Origin: an uncultured Acidimicrobiaceae bacterium
GTDB taxonomy: Bacteria > Actinomycetota > Acidimicrobiia > Spongiisociales > ZC4RG35
Length of the DNA: 64,000 nucleotides
Direction of reading: 5' to 3'
NCBI GenBank assembly: GCA_964400035.1
Contig: CAYNSP010000001.1
Span: 336-64,335, forward strand
The notes under the pieces were generated by a model that saw nothing but the letters and a program-made list of their open reading frames with translations, had not been told where the DNA came from and ran no database searches. A program made the translations under genes and the position numbers. Numbering within the stretch: position 1 is the first letter of the stretch; every line of letters begins with the position of its first letter. Positions 1 to 10,766 of the stretch are shown in pieces.

Positions 1-2260
1 GATCCTTCTCAAGAAGAGGACCCCCGACTACCAGGTCACCGTGTACGAACGGAACCGACCCGAGGACGCCTACGGGTTCGGCGTCGTCTTCTCGGATGAA
101 ACCCTCGACCACTTCGCCGACGCGGACCACTACTCGTACGAAGATCTGGCGGCCAACTTCGTGCAATGGGGCGAGATCGAGGTCCGCCACATGTCCGGTG
201 AACGCATCGTCTCAGGTGGGCATGGGTTCTCCGCAGGATCGCGGCGGACCCTTCTCGAGATCCTGTCCGATCGGGCGAAAAGCCTGGGTGCCGACCTCCG
301 ATTCCAGACCGAGATATCGGATGTTTCAGGTCTGCAGGCCGACCTGATCGTCGGCGCAGACGGAGTGAGATCGGTGGTCAGGGAAAGTGTGAGAGATCAC
401 CTCCGGCCGTCGATCGACTGGCGGGTCAACAAGTACGCCTGGTTCGGCACACCCAAGGTGTTCGACCGGTTCCACTTCATCTTCGAGGAGACCCCGGCCG
501 GGATGGTCTGGGCGCACATCTACCCCTACTCGGAGGAGGGGAGCACCTTCATCGTCGAGATGGCCCCCGAGACCTGGCGGAGACTTGGGCTCGATACCAC
601 TGAGGGGAGGGAGTTTCCACCCGGCACCAACGATGAACTGGCGATCTCTATGTGTCAGGAACTGTTCGCACGGCATCTCGACGACCAACCCCTCGTGGGT
701 AACAACTCGAAATGGCTCCAGTTCCCCACCGTCAAATGTGAGCGCTGGCATCACGGCAACATCGTCCTGCTCGGCGACGCCATCCACACCGCTCACTTCA
801 GCGTCGGGTCAGGCACCAAACTGGCGATGGAGGACGCGATCAGCCTCGCCGAGCATGTCACCTCGGAGTCCTCCCTCGAACCGGCCCTCGACCTGTACGA
901 GGCGGAGCGGCGTCCGGCGGTGGACAGCCTGCAGCGTGCCGCCAGGGCCAGTCTGGAATGGTTCGAAGGCGCTGATAGGTACCGGAGTCTGGACGCCGAA
1001 CAGTTCACCTTCAGTCTGTTGACCCGCAGCCAGCGGGTCACATACGACAACCTGCGTCTTCGCGACCCCGATTACATGGCCCGGGTCGATGGTTGGTATG
1101 CCGCATCCGACCATGGCTCGCCTGTCCCGGTCGGATCAGAGGTCCCGCCCATGTTCCACCCGTTTCAGGTCAGAGACCTGATCCTCTCCAACCGGATCGT
1201 GGTGTCTCCAATGGACCAGTACTCGGCGGACGAGGACGGAGTACCCGGCGATTGGCACCTGGTGCATCTGGGCAGCCGGGCAGTCGGGGGTGCCGGTCTG
1301 GTGATGACCGAGATGACCTGCGTGTCGCCCGAGGGGAGGATCTCTCCCGCGGATACCGGGCTGTGGAGCGACGAACAGGAGGAGGCGTGGACCAGGATCG
1401 TCCGGTTCGTCCACGACAACACTCCGACCAGGATCGGGCTTCAGTTGGGACATTCAGGTCGCAAGGGTTCGACCAAGAAGATGTGGGAAGGTGACACCGA
1501 CCCACTCGACGACGGGAACTGGGAGATCATCGGACCATCGCCGATCCCGTACCGACGGGACAGCCAGGTGCCCCGCGAGATGAGCCGCGTTGACATGGAT
1601 CGGGTGAGGGACCAGTTCGTGGCGTCGGCGGTCCGGGGTGAGCGGGCCGGATTCGATCTGCTCGAACTGCATTTCGCCCATGGCTACCTCCTCTCCTCAT
1701 TCCTCACGCCCCTCGCCAACCAGCGCCAGGACCAGTACGGCGGCAGCCTGGAGAACCGGATGCGGTATCCCCTGGAGGTGTTTGACGCGGTCCGGGCGGT
1801 ATGGCCGGCAGAGAAGCCAATGGCGGTCCGGATATCGGCGACCGATTGGGTTCCCGGCGGCTTCGACGGTGACGATGCGGTGGCACTGGCGATGGCTCTG
1901 AGAGACCATGGATGCGATCTCATCGACGTTTCCACCGGTCAGACTTCGATCGAGGCACGGCCGGAGTACGGGCGGTTGTATCAGACCCCGTTCAGCGACC
2001 GGATCAGACACGAGGCCGGGATCGCAACGATGACCGTTGGTGCGGTGTCCTCTATCGACGATGTTCACAACATCCTGGTGGCAGGACGGGCCGATCTATG
2101 TGTTCTGGCAAGGCCCCATCTGGTCGATCCGTATTGGACGATGAATGCAGCAATCGATCTGGGATACACCGGTCATGATTTCCCGGATCAGTATCTATCT
2201 GGATTGGCGGCCCGCCGACGGGCCCAGGACCCGATCCCACCCGACGTCTTCCGACGCTAG
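1..2260 (+). CDS. Bifunctional FAD-dependent aromatic-ring monooxygenase / NADH:flavin oxidoreductase (Old Yellow Enzyme) fusion, salicylyl-CoA 5-hydroxylase-like. 5' end truncated by the window edge.
   Basis: Frame 2 is open from nt 2 ([18 protein letters not shown]...) with no upstream stop, so the gene begins before the window. N-terminal half shows flavoprotein hydroxylase motifs ([24 protein letters not shown]). C-terminal half is OYE/TIM-barrel ([37 protein letters not shown]). Track ORF 41..2260. Confidence 0.75.
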   Translation, partial: ILLKKRTPDYQVTVYERNRPEDAYGFGVVFSDETLDHFADADHYSYEDLAANFVQWGEIEVRHMSGERIVSGGHGFSAGSRRTLLEILSDRAKSLGADLRFQTEISDVSGLQADLIVGADGVRSVVRESVRDHLRPSIDWRVNKYAWFGTPKVFDRFHFIFEETPAGMVWAHIYPYSEEGSTFIVEMAPETWRRLGLDTTEGREFPPGTNDELAISMCQELFARHLDDQPLVGNNSKWLQFPTVKCERWHHGNIVLLGDAIHTAHFSVGSGTKLAMEDAISLAEHVTSESSLEPALDLYEAERRPAVDSLQRAARASLEWFEGADRYRSLDAEQFTFSLLTRSQRVTYDNLRLRDPDYMARVDGWYAASDHGSPVPVGSEVPPMFHPFQVRDLILSNRIVVSPMDQYSADEDGVPGDWHLVHLGSRAVGGAGLVMTEMTCVSPEGRISPADTGLWSDEQEEAWTRIVRFVHDNTPTRIGLQLGHSGRKGSTKKMWEGDTDPLDDGNWEIIGPSPIPYRRDSQVPREMSRVDMDRVRDQFVASAVRGERAGFDLLELHFAHGYLLSSFLTPLANQRQDQYGGSLENRMRYPLEVFDAVRAVWPAEKPMAVRISATDWVPGGFDGDDAVALAMALRDHGCDLIDVSTGQTSIEARPEYGRLYQTPFSDRIRHEAGIATMTVGAVSSIDDVHNILVAGRADLCVLARPHLVDPYWTMNAAIDLGYTGHDFPDQYLSGLAARRRAQDPIPPDVFRR

Positions 2261-2279
2261 ATCTGAGCAGCTGGCCGAA

Positions 2280-2774
2280 TCAACCGGGGGTGGCTGCGTC
2301 GAGTGCGTCGTTCAACTGCTGTTGGGTCATGCGGGCGACGACGTCCCCGGAGGCGTTGACGAACTCGAAGTCGCCATTGGCGCGTTGGATCATGATGGAG
2401 TCATCGCCTTCGAAGGGGCCTTCAGCGAGTATCTGACCGCTCGGTCCGATCACCTGGACCCGACCCGATCCATCCATCAGGGTGAAGGGGCGCTGATCGA
2501 AGAGGATGGTGGCACCGTCAACTTCCACCGTGAGCTCGGCCTGGACCAGCGGGTTGTCCTCAGGAAGGGTTGTGGTGGTGGTGGGAGCTGTCGAGGTTGT
2601 CTCGCCCGGGCTGGTGGGATTGGTTCCCCCGGGTCCGGCAGCAGTTGTCGTGGCCGTGGAATCACCCGGGCTTTCGACGGTTGTTTCGGTGGTCGTCCCA
2701 CTTGAACATGCCGCCAGGATGAGACACAGGGCGACTGTCAAACGGGCAAGAACTTTGACTGGCACGTCTGTCAC
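2280..2774 (-). CDS. Thr/Pro-rich secreted lipoprotein, function unknown.
   Basis: N-terminal signal with lipobox LILAAC|S. Long T/P/G-rich linker (TTAAGPGGTNPTSPGETTSTAPTTTTT). No catalytic motif recognised. Confidence 0.5.
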   Translation of the reverse strand: MTDVPVKVLARLTVALCLILAACSSGTTTETTVESPGDSTATTTAAGPGGTNPTSPGETTSTAPTTTTTLPEDNPLVQAELTVEVDGATILFDQRPFTLMDGSGRVQVIGPSGQILAEGPFEGDDSIMIQRANGDFEFVNASGDVVARMTQQQLNDALDAATPG

Positions 2775-2838
2775 GGTAACCCGACCCCGGAACTACTGAC
2801 TCAACAGTTAACCGGCGACTCATAAGTAGCCTCGGACC

Positions 2839-4704
2839 GTGGAAGCCGCCACTGCAGGCATGATCTGCCTATCTGGAGCGATCGGAACGGTCATGCTTTC
2901 GCTGGCGGTCCCACCCAGGTACGCCCGTCGTCTCCTCACCGTCTCTGTCGTTCTCACCTGGTTGGCGGTCGCGGTGCTCGTAGTGGCGCTCCTCGGGAAT
3001 GATTTCACCCTCGAGTACGTGGTGCGGACCACGAGTCGGGCCACTCCCTGGCCCTACCGTCTTGCCGCCCTGTGGGGCGGGATGGAAGGGTCCATGCTCT
3101 TCTACTCGGCGTTGACCCTGGGAATCGGTGCATATGCCGTCCGGCGGCGAGGGCGGACCGAATCGGTGGTGGTGGGAGTGGTGGGGACCGGACTCCTGTT
3201 GCTCACCGCACTCGGTTCAAACCCGTTCCGACGTCTCGACATCCCGGCTGTCGATGGCGAAGGGTTGCTGGCCATCCTCCAGCACCCGGCGATGATCTAT
3301 CACCCGCCGATCCTCTATCTGGGTTTGACCATGCTGATCGTTCCGTTTGCGATCGCGGTCGGCAGACTCCTCCCGTCCGGCACGATCATCACCAGTGAAT
3401 CGATCCTTGCGACCCGACGCTGGCTGACTCGCGCTTGGATGTGGCTCGCACTCGGGATGCTTGCCGGGGCCAACTGGGCGTACGTCGAACTTGGCTGGGG
3501 TGGGTACTGGGCATGGGACCCGGTGGAGAACACGGCGCTGATGCCATGGTTGGGTGCGACTGTCTTCCTTCATCTCTCCAGGGTTTACGAGCGCGACGGC
3601 CGTCTCCAACGTCTCACTCTGTTCTCGGCGATGTTCCCGTTCGCTCTGAGCGTCCTCGGCGTCTACCTGACCAGGTCGGGCGTGACCGGTTCGATTCACG
3701 CCTTCGCTGAGGATCCGGTTATCGGGAAGATCCTGCTGACCGCCTCGGGCATGGTCACCGTCCTCATCGTCGCCGTGGTGGTCAGGTCGACCCGGGGTCG
3801 GGAGTGGGGCCAACCAGGATTGGGACGCGATACATGGCTTGCCACCAGCGGTGGACTGATCACGGCGATCCTGGTATTCGTCCTGGTCGGATCGGCCTAT
3901 CCGGCATTCCTCGCCGTCTTTCGGGATCGCACGGTGGTGGTCGACTCCCGGTTCTTCGTGACCACGGTTCTCCCGGTGGCACTGATCATGGTGACCCTGA
4001 TCGGATTCGCCATGCACACCACATGGACGACGTCGCGGATCGCCAGACGGGACACAGTCGGGTTCCTGGGAGTCGCTGTGATCGCTGCTGCGTTGGCGAT
4101 GGGTCTCGCCATCGAAACCGTCACGGTCGGGGTGATTCTGCTGGCGGTGGCGGCGGGGGCGGTAGCCATCATCACCCGCGACCTGATCACCCGACGTCAC
4201 GGCCGCCGCTACCTCCCCACACTCCTCGCCCACCTGGGTATTTCGGTGATCCTGGTGGCATCAGGTGCGAGTGCTCTCGGCACCGAGTTCAGCGGGCGGA
4301 TGAACATTGGCGACACCGCCGAGGTCGGACCCTATGTGATCGAGTTGGCCGAGGTGAACGTGGGGGAGCGGGGCCGGATCCTCTTCGCCGAGGGGCTGTT
4401 CAAGGTGAACGGGACGACTGTCATGCGACCGGAGGTGCGGGCATACGAGCGTCAGGGTCTCCCGGTCGCCGAACCAGCCCTCCGTTCTACACCCATTTCG
4501 GACCTGATCATCGCCGTTACCCGATTGACGCCCGAGGCGGACGGCTTCGAAGTGAGCGTGTATGTCCGCCCTATGGTGTGGTGGGTGTGGGTTGGGGCTC
4601 TCGTGTTGTCGGCTGCTGGGTTCCTCGCCTTGCGAGACGCAGCCGTCTCAGGGCGACGTCGACAGGCCATAGAAGCGCAGCCAGCAACAGGAACCACCAC
4701 TTGA
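2839..4704 (+). CDS. ccmF: Cytochrome c-type biogenesis heme lyase, CcmF/NrfE family.
   Basis: 621 aa polytopic membrane protein with the Trp-rich WWD heme-handling motif (WGGYWAWDPVENTALMPWL). Size and many TM helices match CcmF rather than CcsA. Confidence 0.7.
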   Translation: MEAATAGMICLSGAIGTVMLSLAVPPRYARRLLTVSVVLTWLAVAVLVVALLGNDFTLEYVVRTTSRATPWPYRLAALWGGMEGSMLFYSALTLGIGAYAVRRRGRTESVVVGVVGTGLLLLTALGSNPFRRLDIPAVDGEGLLAILQHPAMIYHPPILYLGLTMLIVPFAIAVGRLLPSGTIITSESILATRRWLTRAWMWLALGMLAGANWAYVELGWGGYWAWDPVENTALMPWLGATVFLHLSRVYERDGRLQRLTLFSAMFPFALSVLGVYLTRSGVTGSIHAFAEDPVIGKILLTASGMVTVLIVAVVVRSTRGREWGQPGLGRDTWLATSGGLITAILVFVLVGSAYPAFLAVFRDRTVVVDSRFFVTTVLPVALIMVTLIGFAMHTTWTTSRIARRDTVGFLGVAVIAAALAMGLAIETVTVGVILLAVAAGAVAIITRDLITRRHGRRYLPTLLAHLGISVILVASGASALGTEFSGRMNIGDTAEVGPYVIELAEVNVGERGRILFAEGLFKVNGTTVMRPEVRAYERQGLPVAEPALRSTPISDLIIAVTRLTPEADGFEVSVYVRPMVWWVWVGALVLSAAGFLALRDAAVSGRRRQAIEAQPATGTTT

Positions 4705-7700
4705 ACGACTGACTCGACACGCCGACTTCGAGTCCGTCCGGGTCGAAGGCCTGATCGGGCGTGATCTCACTGCGCCCTCCGGTGACCCCTGAGATTCCTT
4801 CCATGAGTGCTGAATCCGGGTTTCCGGGCAGATATTCGGCGGCGAATGACCGGGTGGCGATGGCGGACATCACGACGGTCGAACCATCCCCCCGATCGAA
4901 GCTGACACCGACTGCGTAGGTGCCGCCCTGGCGAGCGGGGGTCACCGCCCCGAACTCGGTGTCGGACACCCGATCCAACCTGAGCTGCTGGGAGGTCCCA
5001 TCCGGGTAGCTGATCCGGGCGACCGGAGTGGTACCTGCCGGCCAGCCGTCGGCACTCTCCAGGGAGATGGTCATCTGGCCCTCAGTGATCCTGGCTTCAA
5101 CCTGCTGACCTTCGGCACCGGTCAATGCAAACGTGTCACGGACCAGGTTTGACCAGAAGTCGGCGTATCCGTCCCAGGACGCCCACAGGGCACCCCACTT
5201 CTCGCCACCATCACTCGTCCATGTGGTGACCTTCCCGAGTCCGACCCTCCATGAGGCGAGCAGCGGGTCGGCGAGGGCACCCACCTGGAGTTGAACATCG
5301 GCCGTGGGCTTGGCGCTGGCGGCCACGTAGCCAAGGAGAGCGGGGGAGGACGCCAGGTTCCGGACGGCTGCCGATGTCGAGGTGACGGTCGGGTAGAACT
5401 CGCCTTCGTTGATGTACGAGCGTGAGGCGAGCCGGGCTTCCTTGACGAATATCTCGGGGATCTCGTTCAGGTCCCTCCCCGGGTAGAAACGCCCTCGACC
5501 GGCTATGGCCACCTCCTCGAGGGCGGGGATGGCCCCCTCGCCGGTCCCCACCACCGACACGGTGATCCCTTCGTCGGCGAGCTTTCTCACTTCGTCGATC
5601 AAGCTCTGGCTACCGAACGGTCCTCCGAAATCGGGTCCGAGGTCGAGTTCGGAGGTGAATCCGTCGGTGAAGAGGATGATGTGTTTCAACTCTTTCGAGG
5701 ATGCTCTGAGGGCGTCGGCCGCCTGACGGAGCGCGGGGACTATCCGTGTTTCGCCGAACGGCCGGAGTGAACCCACACCGGCTTCGATGGTGTCGCGCCC
5801 CGGGTTCTCCTGTAGTGGTATGGCCCATCGGCTGGTTCCGCTGAAGGCAAGAACGCCGACCTCGTCGCGGACGCCGAGTGCTTCGATGGCCCGGATCGCG
5901 GCCGCCCGCGAGATGTCCGTCTTGTTGACACCACCTTCGGTCACGTTGCCCATCCCACCGTCGGCGCAGTGACAAGCCCCCATCGATTCGCTGGTGTCGA
6001 TCAGCAGCACTTCGGCCACCTCGGATTCCCGGGTGGGATCGACCGCTTCACTGTCCACCGGCAGCAGGGCTTCGAGTTCGGTGTCCCGGTACCCACCGAC
6101 TCCGAACGAGTTGAGCCCACCGACCACGACCAGACCCCGCCCCAGGTCACGGGTGAGGGTTCCCAGAGCCTGGACCTTCTCGTCGCTCAGATCACGTGCC
6201 CTTACGTTCACCAGCATGATCGCCTGATGGACTGCCATCTCCTGCAGGCCGGGCATATCTCCGACCAGGACGCGCTCCACGACGAGTCCGGTGGAGGTGA
6301 GCGCCTCTTCGAGAATGCGTCCTCCGCCTGCATCGCCTTCGACGATGAGCACCGAAGCCGGGCCCCTGACTTCGACGCCGGTCCTGGCCTGATCATTCTG
6401 GGAGACGGAGTCGCCCGCCATTCGGACCCGAGCGTGCAGTTGTTGGAGACCTGACGAACCGGCCACTACCTCGAAGGTCACCTTGTTGGATCCTGGCGTG
6501 ACCTGGATCGAACGGGTCCCGACCACGGTGTTCCCGACCAGCAGGTCGACATCAGCCATCCCATTGATGGTGGCCAGCACTTCGACGGTGGCAACGAAGG
6601 TTTCGCCCTCGTTGACTGTGTTGGGCACATCGATCCCGGCGATGGCGGCGTCGGTGCGTTGCTCACCGGAGATGGTGTGGACGTCGACAACGACACCCAA
6701 CGTCTTGAGCCGGTCCAATTCGGCCTGGAGGTCGCCCGAGTTGGCGCGGCCGTCTGAGATGAGGACTATCCGCTGTCTGGTCTCTCCGGTCAGTACCGAC
6801 TCGCCGAGTCGGAGACCCCTTGAGATCGAGGTGGCCTCACGGTCAACACCACGGGCCGGGCGGTACACCCCGGACCCGATTGGTGTGGCGACGCGGGCAT
6901 CGGCCCCGAACTCGACCACGGCCCACTGGCCGTTGCCTGCCCTTATCGCCTCCTCCACCCACGCTCGTGCTTCCCTGTCTGAGGTGCCGACCGAGTCGGA
7001 GACGTCAACGACGAACACTGTTGTCACCTGCCCCGATCGGGTCGAGAAACTCGGATCGACGATGGCGAGGACGAGCAGGATCACAATTGCCCCGCGAGCC
7101 ACCATGCCCCATCGCCATTGCCGCTTCGACACTCCCCGCGCCCGGGCACTCACGTAGATTTCGATGGCCAACACCACGAGGAGTGCGGCGATAACCCAGG
7201 GAAGCACCGAGCGGGAGATCGTCGACAGAGTCTCCGCATTCGCATCCCCGGGCGGGACCTGGCGAATCAGGGGCAGTTCGGTGACCGGTGCCAGATGGGA
7301 TTCGGAGGTGTCGGGGTTCACCGCGATTTCCAGGATCGCTCCGTCGGAGTACTCCACCTGCCAGAAGCCGGCCTGGTCGGCGAGAGGGGCGGAGCTACCC
7401 AGCGAGAGTCGGGTCCGATTGCCCCGGGGATCGACCACGGAGACGACCTCCTGACCGACGGGGATGGCCTGGCCGACAGTGATCGCTGGTGGGACACCGT
7501 GCGCCGTGGCGAGGTTGCCGACCATCCGTGCCCCCAGGATCGGGTACGACACGGTGACAGGAAGATTCGACTGCTCCAGGGTGAAGGCGAGGTAGTAGAA
7601 GGGGACGCCTTCCATTTCACCTGAGACGAGGAGCGGGGCGCCGGGTGCGCCCAGGAGAACGGTGCCACGGCTGACCTGGAGGACCTGGGCATTTGCGATG

Positions 7701-8905
7701 GCGATCTGTGAGACGTCTACGTCGTCGAGGAGGGGGTCGTTGGCGACCAGCGTGGGCACCGGGTTGTCGACCCGGCCGACCGGCGTTATCCCTGGCACAC
7801 CTCCGGGCACATCGATGGCGATGAACGGGACGGTGGGTTCTGCCGGAACAGTCGCCCCGACATAGATCTCGAAGTCGACTTCCTCACCAGGGGCGACGTC
7901 GGTATCGACACCCGGCATCGCCTCGAGAAGCTGGTCGACGAAGAAGGTGTCCTGGCCGTGGACCCTGGCTTTGAGGTCGCCCAGTTGCGGAGCACCCGCA
8001 TACCTCTGGTTGTCGGTGGCGAGCAGGTCTTCACCGTCCAGGTAGGCGGCAACCCTTGATCCCGATGGCAACTCGAAGACACGCTCGATCACTTCGCCGC
8101 GGGGTATTTCGACGGTCTGGGTGAGGACCGTTATCCCGTCGACGTCGAGTCTGAGGACCTGGGTGGCAGTCGGTCCACCCGTCGATTGGATGGTCACTCT
8201 GGCCTGGAGTCCGCCGGGTCCAGCCTGCACTGACAGATCGGTGATGGCACGGTTGGTGTCGGTGACCCCAACCGGGATGAATCGTGTCCCCAGGGGGGCG
8301 AGACGCTGCTCCATGTCATCGAGGGCACCGTCGGAGATGAGAACGAAACCGGTCGGGCGGTCGGGTGTGACCAGCGACTCGGCGAGGGCGAATGTGGACT
8401 CGTAGTCGACCCCGGAACCAGTCGCTCTCAATGTCGCCACAGCTCTGGCGAATTCGCCGACATTGTCACTCTGGCTGACCAGCACTGTCGGGCGGGAACC
8501 GGCCACCACCAGGCTGGCCATGCCGTTCTCGGGAATCTCGTCTCGCAGCTCCCTGGCCAGGTCGACGGCCGCACCGAGCCGGTCGGGTGACCCGTCGATC
8601 GCGGCCATGGAACTGGAAACGTCGATGATGAAGACCGTGTGGTCGGCGAGGCTCGCCTCTTCGATCAGGGCGGGTCGGGCCAGACCGAGGGCGAACAGGA
8701 TCACCGCGAGGATCTGGAGTATCAGGAGCAGACTCCAGCGGAGCTTCTGCCACGGTTCGGCGGCGGTGATGGAGTGTTTGAGTCCGTCCCAATGGAGCAG
8801 TGAGCTGACCTGGGTCGCCGGGCGGCGTGGTGTCAGCATGTGGAGAATGACGATCGGTATGAGGATGGCCAGTGCCGCAAGACCGGCGGGGGCGAGGAGA
8901 GTCAT
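4571..8905 (-). CDS. Giant BatA/BatB-like membrane protein carrying three von Willebrand factor A domains.
   Basis: Starts MTLLAPAGLAALAILIPIVILHMLTPRRP (Bat aerotolerance N-terminal TM motif). Three MIDAS-type DxSxS sites: VFIIDVSSSM, VFVVDVSDSV, LLIDTSESMG. Internal and C-terminal TM helices. Start chosen at the ATG overlapping the DUF58 stop (ATGA, about 8902-8905). The track ORF extends to 9025 but its first 40 aa are Arg-rich and implausible. Confidence 0.8.
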   Translation of the reverse strand: MTLLAPAGLAALAILIPIVILHMLTPRRPATQVSSLLHWDGLKHSITAAEPWQKLRWSLLLILQILAVILFALGLARPALIEEASLADHTVFIIDVSSSMAAIDGSPDRLGAAVDLARELRDEIPENGMASLVVAGSRPTVLVSQSDNVGEFARAVATLRATGSGVDYESTFALAESLVTPDRPTGFVLISDGALDDMEQRLAPLGTRFIPVGVTDTNRAITDLSVQAGPGGLQARVTIQSTGGPTATQVLRLDVDGITVLTQTVEIPRGEVIERVFELPSGSRVAAYLDGEDLLATDNQRYAGAPQLGDLKARVHGQDTFFVDQLLEAMPGVDTDVAPGEEVDFEIYVGATVPAEPTVPFIAIDVPGGVPGITPVGRVDNPVPTLVANDPLLDDVDVSQIAIANAQVLQVSRGTVLLGAPGAPLLVSGEMEGVPFYYLAFTLEQSNLPVTVSYPILGARMVGNLATAHGVPPAITVGQAIPVGQEVVSVVDPRGNRTRLSLGSSAPLADQAGFWQVEYSDGAILEIAVNPDTSESHLAPVTELPLIRQVPPGDANAETLSTISRSVLPWVIAALLVVLAIEIYVSARARGVSKRQWRWGMVARGAIVILLVLAIVDPSFSTRSGQVTTVFVVDVSDSVGTSDREARAWVEEAIRAGNGQWAVVEFGADARVATPIGSGVYRPARGVDREATSISRGLRLGESVLTGETRQRIVLISDGRANSGDLQAELDRLKTLGVVVDVHTISGEQRTDAAIAGIDVPNTVNEGETFVATVEVLATINGMADVDLLVGNTVVGTRSIQVTPGSNKVTFEVVAGSSGLQQLHARVRMAGDSVSQNDQARTGVEVRGPASVLIVEGDAGGGRILEEALTSTGLVVERVLVGDMPGLQEMAVHQAIMLVNVRARDLSDEKVQALGTLTRDLGRGLVVVGGLNSFGVGGYRDTELEALLPVDSEAVDPTRESEVAEVLLIDTSESMGACHCADGGMGNVTEGGVNKTDISRAAAIRAIEALGVRDEVGVLAFSGTSRWAIPLQENPGRDTIEAGVGSLRPFGETRIVPALRQAADALRASSKELKHIILFTDGFTSELDLGPDFGGPFGSQSLIDEVRKLADEGITVSVVGTGEGAIPALEEVAIAGRGRFYPGRDLNEIPEIFVKEARLASRSYINEGEFYPTVTSTSAAVRNLASSPALLGYVAASAKPTADVQLQVGALADPLLASWRVGLGKVTTWTSDGGEKWGALWASWDGYADFWSNLVRDTFALTGAEGQQVEARITEGQMTISLESADGWPAGTTPVARISYPDGTSQQLRLDRVSDTEFGAVTPARQGGTYAVGVSFDRGDGSTVVMSAIATRSFAAEYLPGNPDSALMEGISGVTGGRSEITPDQAFDPDGLEVGVSSQSFKWWFLLLAALLWPVDVALRRLRLARRGTQQPTTREPQPTPTTP

Positions 8906-9759
8906 CTCAGGACTCCGGCGCTCCGCCATGTACTGAGGAGCAGATCCGCGATGTCGTCCCGGGCGTCGACGGATATGTAGAGACCCCCGGTAGCCCCGGT
9001 CATGGACCGGACATCTTCTCTCCACTGCTGCACCCTTGACCGGTAGGTGGCGGCGACATCGTCGGTGACACTCACCGTCAAGCGTTGCGAGGTCTCCTTA
9101 TCGATGAGTTCCAGGTCTCCGGCATACTCGGGGTCCAGGTCTTCCTCACAGAGGAGGTGGACCATGAGGACGTCGCTGCCACCGGCTCGCAGGTTGACCA
9201 GTGAGGGCCACTCCGGGGTCAGGAGGTCACTGAGCACGACGGTGACACCGGGAAGCCCGGACTGTCCCAGAAGGTGGCTGGCCGCTAGAGCGAAAGGGGT
9301 GAGACCACCCGCCTCCAGAGCCTCGAGGTGGGCCATCAGGGCCGGTACGGCGGCTCTGCCAGCGAAGCGTGGTACGGGCCGGTCACTGGTGAACGTGTGG
9401 ATGGTGACCGAATCGTGGGCGGTCAGGGCGACGAATCCGATGGCGGCGGCGAGACGTTTGGCCTGGTCCAGTTTGCCCCCGACGGACATCGAGGCGGAGG
9501 TGTCGATGAGGATCCGGACGGTCACTTCGTCGTCGGCCTCGTAGAGCTTGATCAGGACCTGGTCGAGTCTCGCCAGGACGTGGTAGTCGATACGTCGGAA
9601 GTCATCGCCGGGGTGGTATTCCCGGAAATCGGCGAAGTCGACCGTGTTCCCGTACCGGCGGGAAACGTGCTCGCCCCCGAACCGGCCGATGAGACGGTGT
9701 CGACTGCTGACCTGAAGGGCTTCCAGCCTTGCCATGAGGGCCGGGCTGAGGAGGCTCAT
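8902..9759 (-). CDS. DUF58 family protein (MoxR-associated).
   Basis: Hallmark DUF58 motif FREYHPGDDFRRIDYHVLARLD. Start MSLLSPALMARLEAL chosen where its ATG overlaps the MoxR stop (ATGA at about 9756-9759). Track ORF 8902..9996 carries an Arg-rich leader unlikely to be real. Confidence 0.8.
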   Translation of the reverse strand: MSLLSPALMARLEALQVSSRHRLIGRFGGEHVSRRYGNTVDFADFREYHPGDDFRRIDYHVLARLDQVLIKLYEADDEVTVRILIDTSASMSVGGKLDQAKRLAAAIGFVALTAHDSVTIHTFTSDRPVPRFAGRAAVPALMAHLEALEAGGLTPFALAASHLLGQSGLPGVTVVLSDLLTPEWPSLVNLRAGGSDVLMVHLLCEEDLDPEYAGDLELIDKETSQRLTVSVTDDVAATYRSRVQQWREDVRSMTGATGGLYISVDARDDIADLLLSTWRSAGVLR

Positions 9760-10766
9760 GGAGTTCCCCGGATCTCCGCTTTCGGTTCGGGCGTCGACTT
9801 GATGACGTCCTCGATGATGTTGTCGGGGCGCACCCCTTCGGTTGTGGCCTCGTAGCCAAGGACCAGGCGATGCCGGAGGGCGGCGGTCGCGGCCCATCGG
9901 ATGTCGTCGGCGGTGACATGTGGACGCCCGTCGATGAGCGCGGCTGCCTTTGCCGCAAGCACGATGGCCTGACCGCCACGGGGGGAGGAACCCCAACGCA
10001 CATATCGTTTCACCGGGGGAGTGGCGGTATTGCCGTCCGGATGGGTTGCCTCGATGATCAGCGACACGTACCGGATCAGGTGAGAGGCGATCGGCACCAT
10101 CGGCGTGATCGAGATCATCCGGGTGATTGTCTCGGCGTCGGCGACGGATGGGACCTCGGGAATCTGGCCACCGGTAGTCCGGCGGAGGATCTGTTCCAGC
10201 ACATCGGCAGACGGCGGGTTGACCATCGCCTTGAACATGAACCGGTCGAGCTGGGCTTCGGGCAGGGGATAGGTCCCTTCAAGCTCGATCGGGTTCTGGG
10301 TGGCCAGCACCAGGAACGGTCGGGGAAGCTTCCGGGTCTCCCCGGCCACGGTGACCTGGCGTTCCTGCATTGCCTCGAGCAGGGCGGCCTGGGTCTTGGG
10401 AGTTGCCCGGTTGATCTCGTCGGCGAGAAGCAGGTTGGTGAACACCGGGCCGGGGCGGTAGCGGAAGCTGCGCCGTCCCTGATCGTCCTCTTCGAGGACC
10501 TGGGTTCCGACGATGTCGGCGGGCATCAGGTCGGGGGTGAACTGGACCCTGGAGAACTCCACGCTGATCGCAGCAGCGAAGGACTTGACCAGTTCGGTCT
10601 TTCCCAACCCGGGAACACCCTCTAGGAGGACATGACCCTCGGCGAGCAGCCCGACGAGGGTCTGTCGGATCAGTTGCGGTTGTCCCGCGATCCGCTGCCC
10701 GACGGCGTCCTCGATCGAAGCAGCCGTCGAGGCGTAGAGGTCGATTTCACTTTGCCCGATCGTCAT
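9756..10766 (-). CDS. MoxR-family AAA+ ATPase.
   Basis: Walker A LLEGVPGLGKTELVKSFA, Walker B LLADEINRATPKTQAALLEAMQE, sensor motifs, 336 aa. The ATG overlaps the stop of the upstream (GQ)n gene. Confidence 0.9.
   Translation of the reverse strand: MTIGQSEIDLYASTAASIEDAVGQRIAGQPQLIRQTLVGLLAEGHVLLEGVPGLGKTELVKSFAAAISVEFSRVQFTPDLMPADIVGTQVLEEDDQGRRSFRYRPGPVFTNLLLADEINRATPKTQAALLEAMQERQVTVAGETRKLPRPFLVLATQNPIELEGTYPLPEAQLDRFMFKAMVNPPSADVLEQILRRTTGGQIPEVPSVADAETITRMISITPMVPIASHLIRYVSLIIEATHPDGNTATPPVKRYVRWGSSPRGGQAIVLAAKAAALIDGRPHVTADDIRWAATAALRHRLVLGYEATTEGVRPDNIIEDVIKSTPEPKAEIRGTP

Noticed and set aside
3217-4233. 338-aa minus-strand ORF antisense to the CcmF-like gene.
   Set aside because: Arg/His/Asp/Pro-rich low-complexity translation with no motifs. 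It lies entirely opposite a gene with clear CcmF signatures. It is a typical spurious antisense ORF in high-GC DNA.
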